A DNA stretch of 63,052 bases, counting the filler, from Folioceros fuciformis (taxonomy: Eukaryota), in NCBI GenBank assembly GCA_049999805.1. It is 25 parts of 25 records of this genome, joined end to end, with 100 filler letters (N's around TTAATTAATTAA, not from the genome) between each part and the next. Parts side by side here need not be neighbours in the genome. Positions count along the whole stretch, not along the records: positions 60,641 to 63,052 come from JBNGIO010000348.1; 24 more parts are not named here. The stretch is one strand, 5' to 3'. Under the pieces are notes generated by a model, which did no database searches, was not told the DNA's origin, and saw only the letters and a list, made by a program, of their open reading frames with translations. How positions within the stretch are numbered: the first letter of the stretch is position 1; each line of letters opens with the position of its first letter. This document shows positions 60,641-63,052 of this stretch, one piece after another. Both the position numbers and the translations under genes were made by a program.

Positions 60641-61180
60641 CAAGAAGGGAATGGAGGAGGAAGGGAGAAAGGGGGAGGGGGATGGGGGTGGCCGCAACCC
60701 CTGCCTCTAGCCCTAGCTAGGGCACGGCCTCCATGACCGTTCAAGCCAGCCAGGCAATTAGCCAGCCTAACGTCAAACCCTGACCCCTGACACTGACATA
60801 CCCCACATATTCCCGTTCCTATGTTCAGACCATTATTTATTATTTTATTATTTTTATAGTATTTAATCATTTAGTATTATATATCTTTAATTAATATTAA
60901 ACTAATCACCAGACCTACCTAGACTCAAACTTTCCCAACCCTATGGCCCGGTACTGGACCTAAACTTTCACAGGTCTGGGACCAGACCTGTACCCACTTT
61001 AATAACCAAACCAACTATTTCCTAGTCAATTAACCTAATTAGTACAAAGAAAAATAGGAAAAATGACCAGAAAATTAAGAAAAATTAGGGAAATGAAGTA
61101 GAAAAAGAAAACCAAACCATACCACTATTAACCCTTTTGCAACCGAAACAAACTACTACCCCAAACTTTGGAGGTTCACA
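60641..61180 (-). repeat. LTR family A 5' portion (longest copy)
   Basis: Ends ...GGAGGTTCACA at 61180. Confidence 0.85.
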
Positions 61181-62197
61181 GATGTCATGGACATGTGGAT
61201 AAAGGTAGTAAGGACTGTACCTCACACAAGTCAAGATTGCAACTCTTTGATCGAAGCTTATCATCGTCACCTTAAGAACTGTTATCTCTTCACAAAGAAG
61301 AATCTTCGTAGCAAACGACTCGAATGGCTTTTACATATCTTGACAGACGAAGTAAACAAACATTTTTTGTACCAAAGACAATGTAAGAAGAGTGGCATCA
61401 TTAGAAATAATAAGCAAGAACTCGTTGTTCGAAGTGCACTGAACAAAGCATTGGAAATCCCAAAGTCTGATGTATCTCTACTTTGTACTAGGCAACCATA
61501 TGCTATCGCGAGGAGTGAGAATGCAAAGAAGAACAAGGCTTATCATGTGTTTAATGCTGGCTCTCCTTGGGGCAGCTGCACATGTAAGATTTTATCTACA
61601 AGGTTTCTTTGTAAGCATCAAGTGAAGGTCATGATGCTCTTACATGAAGTAGTGCCCACAGAAACCATTGGAGGTATATATTCATCAGTGGCTACTTCAT
61701 AGGAATCATACAGACAAGCACCTCTATTATCTGTTAGGGAGGCTGAACTTTGTGGTAGTGTTTGAAACGAGCTAACAATTGTGCATCGTCCTTTGTCACA
61801 AGATGTGGATGCTAGAAACAAACGTGATTACGAGAGCTCTTGTCCCCCGCCAAATGAACTTAGCAACTGTTTGGGAAAACATATGAAATTTAGTACAGAG
61901 GAAACCTGGCATTGAGGCCCATGCAGTTGCATTGATATAAGATGTGTTCCGGCAGTTAGAAGTGTGGTTGCAGAAGCTAAGGAGAATAGTCTATTGCAGA
62001 TTCCATACCTCTTGCCAATAGGCGAAGCGTCTGACAATAGCTTGAAGAGGAAGAAACCGTTTTGGGAAAATCGTCTATCATGGAAACTACCTCCAAAGGC
62101 AAAGCATACTACATTGCTGAACAAGTTGCAGAGAAGGCTGCCTTTAGGGAATCAATTTAGTAGAAATGCCATTCCTTGCCAATTGTGCAAAGGCTAG
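61181..62197 (+). mobile_element. MULE-like transposase C-terminal part with SWIM zinc finger, decayed
   Basis: MW...SQDCNSLIEAYHRHLK...RLEWL.H.L; CTC.......LCKH. Confidence 0.7.
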
Positions 62198-63052
62198 CCA
62201 CGTTTTTTTTGTCTTTGCTCAGTCACTTGCAAACGCGATTGTCGGAATCCATCTTACAACCAGAACTCTATTGTTTGGGGTCCAAAATAAAATACAGACA
62301 TATCATTTTGTAATCCCTCCATAGAACTTGAATTCAAGATACTGGGCACAGAAATACATGAATTTTGCATGCAAAAATCAGCAAAAACCTTTTGCTGCAT
62401 TCTTATTCTTGTGCATCCGTTTTTTAATGATACCGCAAGCATTTGGATGCCAAACCAAAGTACAAACATATCACTCTATAGCCCGTGCAGATGGCTTCGA
62501 TTCAAGATATTGGCTAGGGCATTCTGCAAATAGTGCATGAAGCGATCTAGTAAAAAAGTTCTGCTGCAATCTTGTTGTTATGCATTCGTTTTTCACCTAG
62601 TGCTGGTGAGTTTGATGGCCGTTTTCCGCAAGACAAACCCTGAAAGATTCGCCTTCAAATGAGTTGTGAAACTAAACACCCAACATAACCAAGAATTTGA
62701 CGGGAGCAAGCTTTCTCCCCAAAGGGTTAAGGCTGCGTGAAAACGTGGAAAGGTTGCGTGAATGCACAACCATACACTACCATTGTGCAGGCGCTGCATA
62801 TTGGATTACACTGCCATTGTGGACGAAACCTACTTTTTGTCTCAATCCTGGGCCCCTTGAGTTTGTCGACTGGAGGCGGGCGCAAGTGACACCCAAGCAC
62901 TGAAATGGATAGTAAGGGTCTTTGATGTTTCGAAAAAAAACTAATCCCCCTAGCATAAGTGTACCCTGGCACAACTAAGGGAAGGAGTTTGGCAGAGCGG
63001 GCGTCTAAACGGGCACGACAAGCTGTTGCCGTCCAACGGTAATATGTGTGGT

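Overview
Eukaryotic, land-plant nuclear DNA, not prokaryotic. The window is 25 short contigs joined by 24 artificial 100-bp spacers (N44-TTAATTAATTAA-N44), so adjacency across spacers means nothing. Most of it is nested, decayed transposons: many Ty1/copia gag-pol fragments (one uninterrupted 1363+ codon ORF at 24257-28346), Ty3/gypsy pol and gag fragments, a CACTA transposase, a MULE/SWIM-type transposase, a LINE RT fragment, and several high-copy LTR families with TGTG.../...CACA ends in which most contigs break. Host genes are a RING-H2 ATL E3 ligase (complete), a PLS-E class PPR protein (partial) and a 3-exon RAF2/PCD-like plastid protein (5' partial). The PPR style, short introns and TE lineages suggest a non-seed plant (inference). 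I see no single proven new system. Best leads: (1) a non-autonomous TIR family with TATGGC...GCCATA ends and 6-bp target-site duplications; (2) a copia lineage with an extra ~180-codon Cys/His-rich plus coiled-coil ORF upstream of gag; (3) a repeated, unassignable convergent ORF pair; (4) a LINE RT resembling the fungal Tad1/I group. All family calls come from motif recognition by eye, not database searches.
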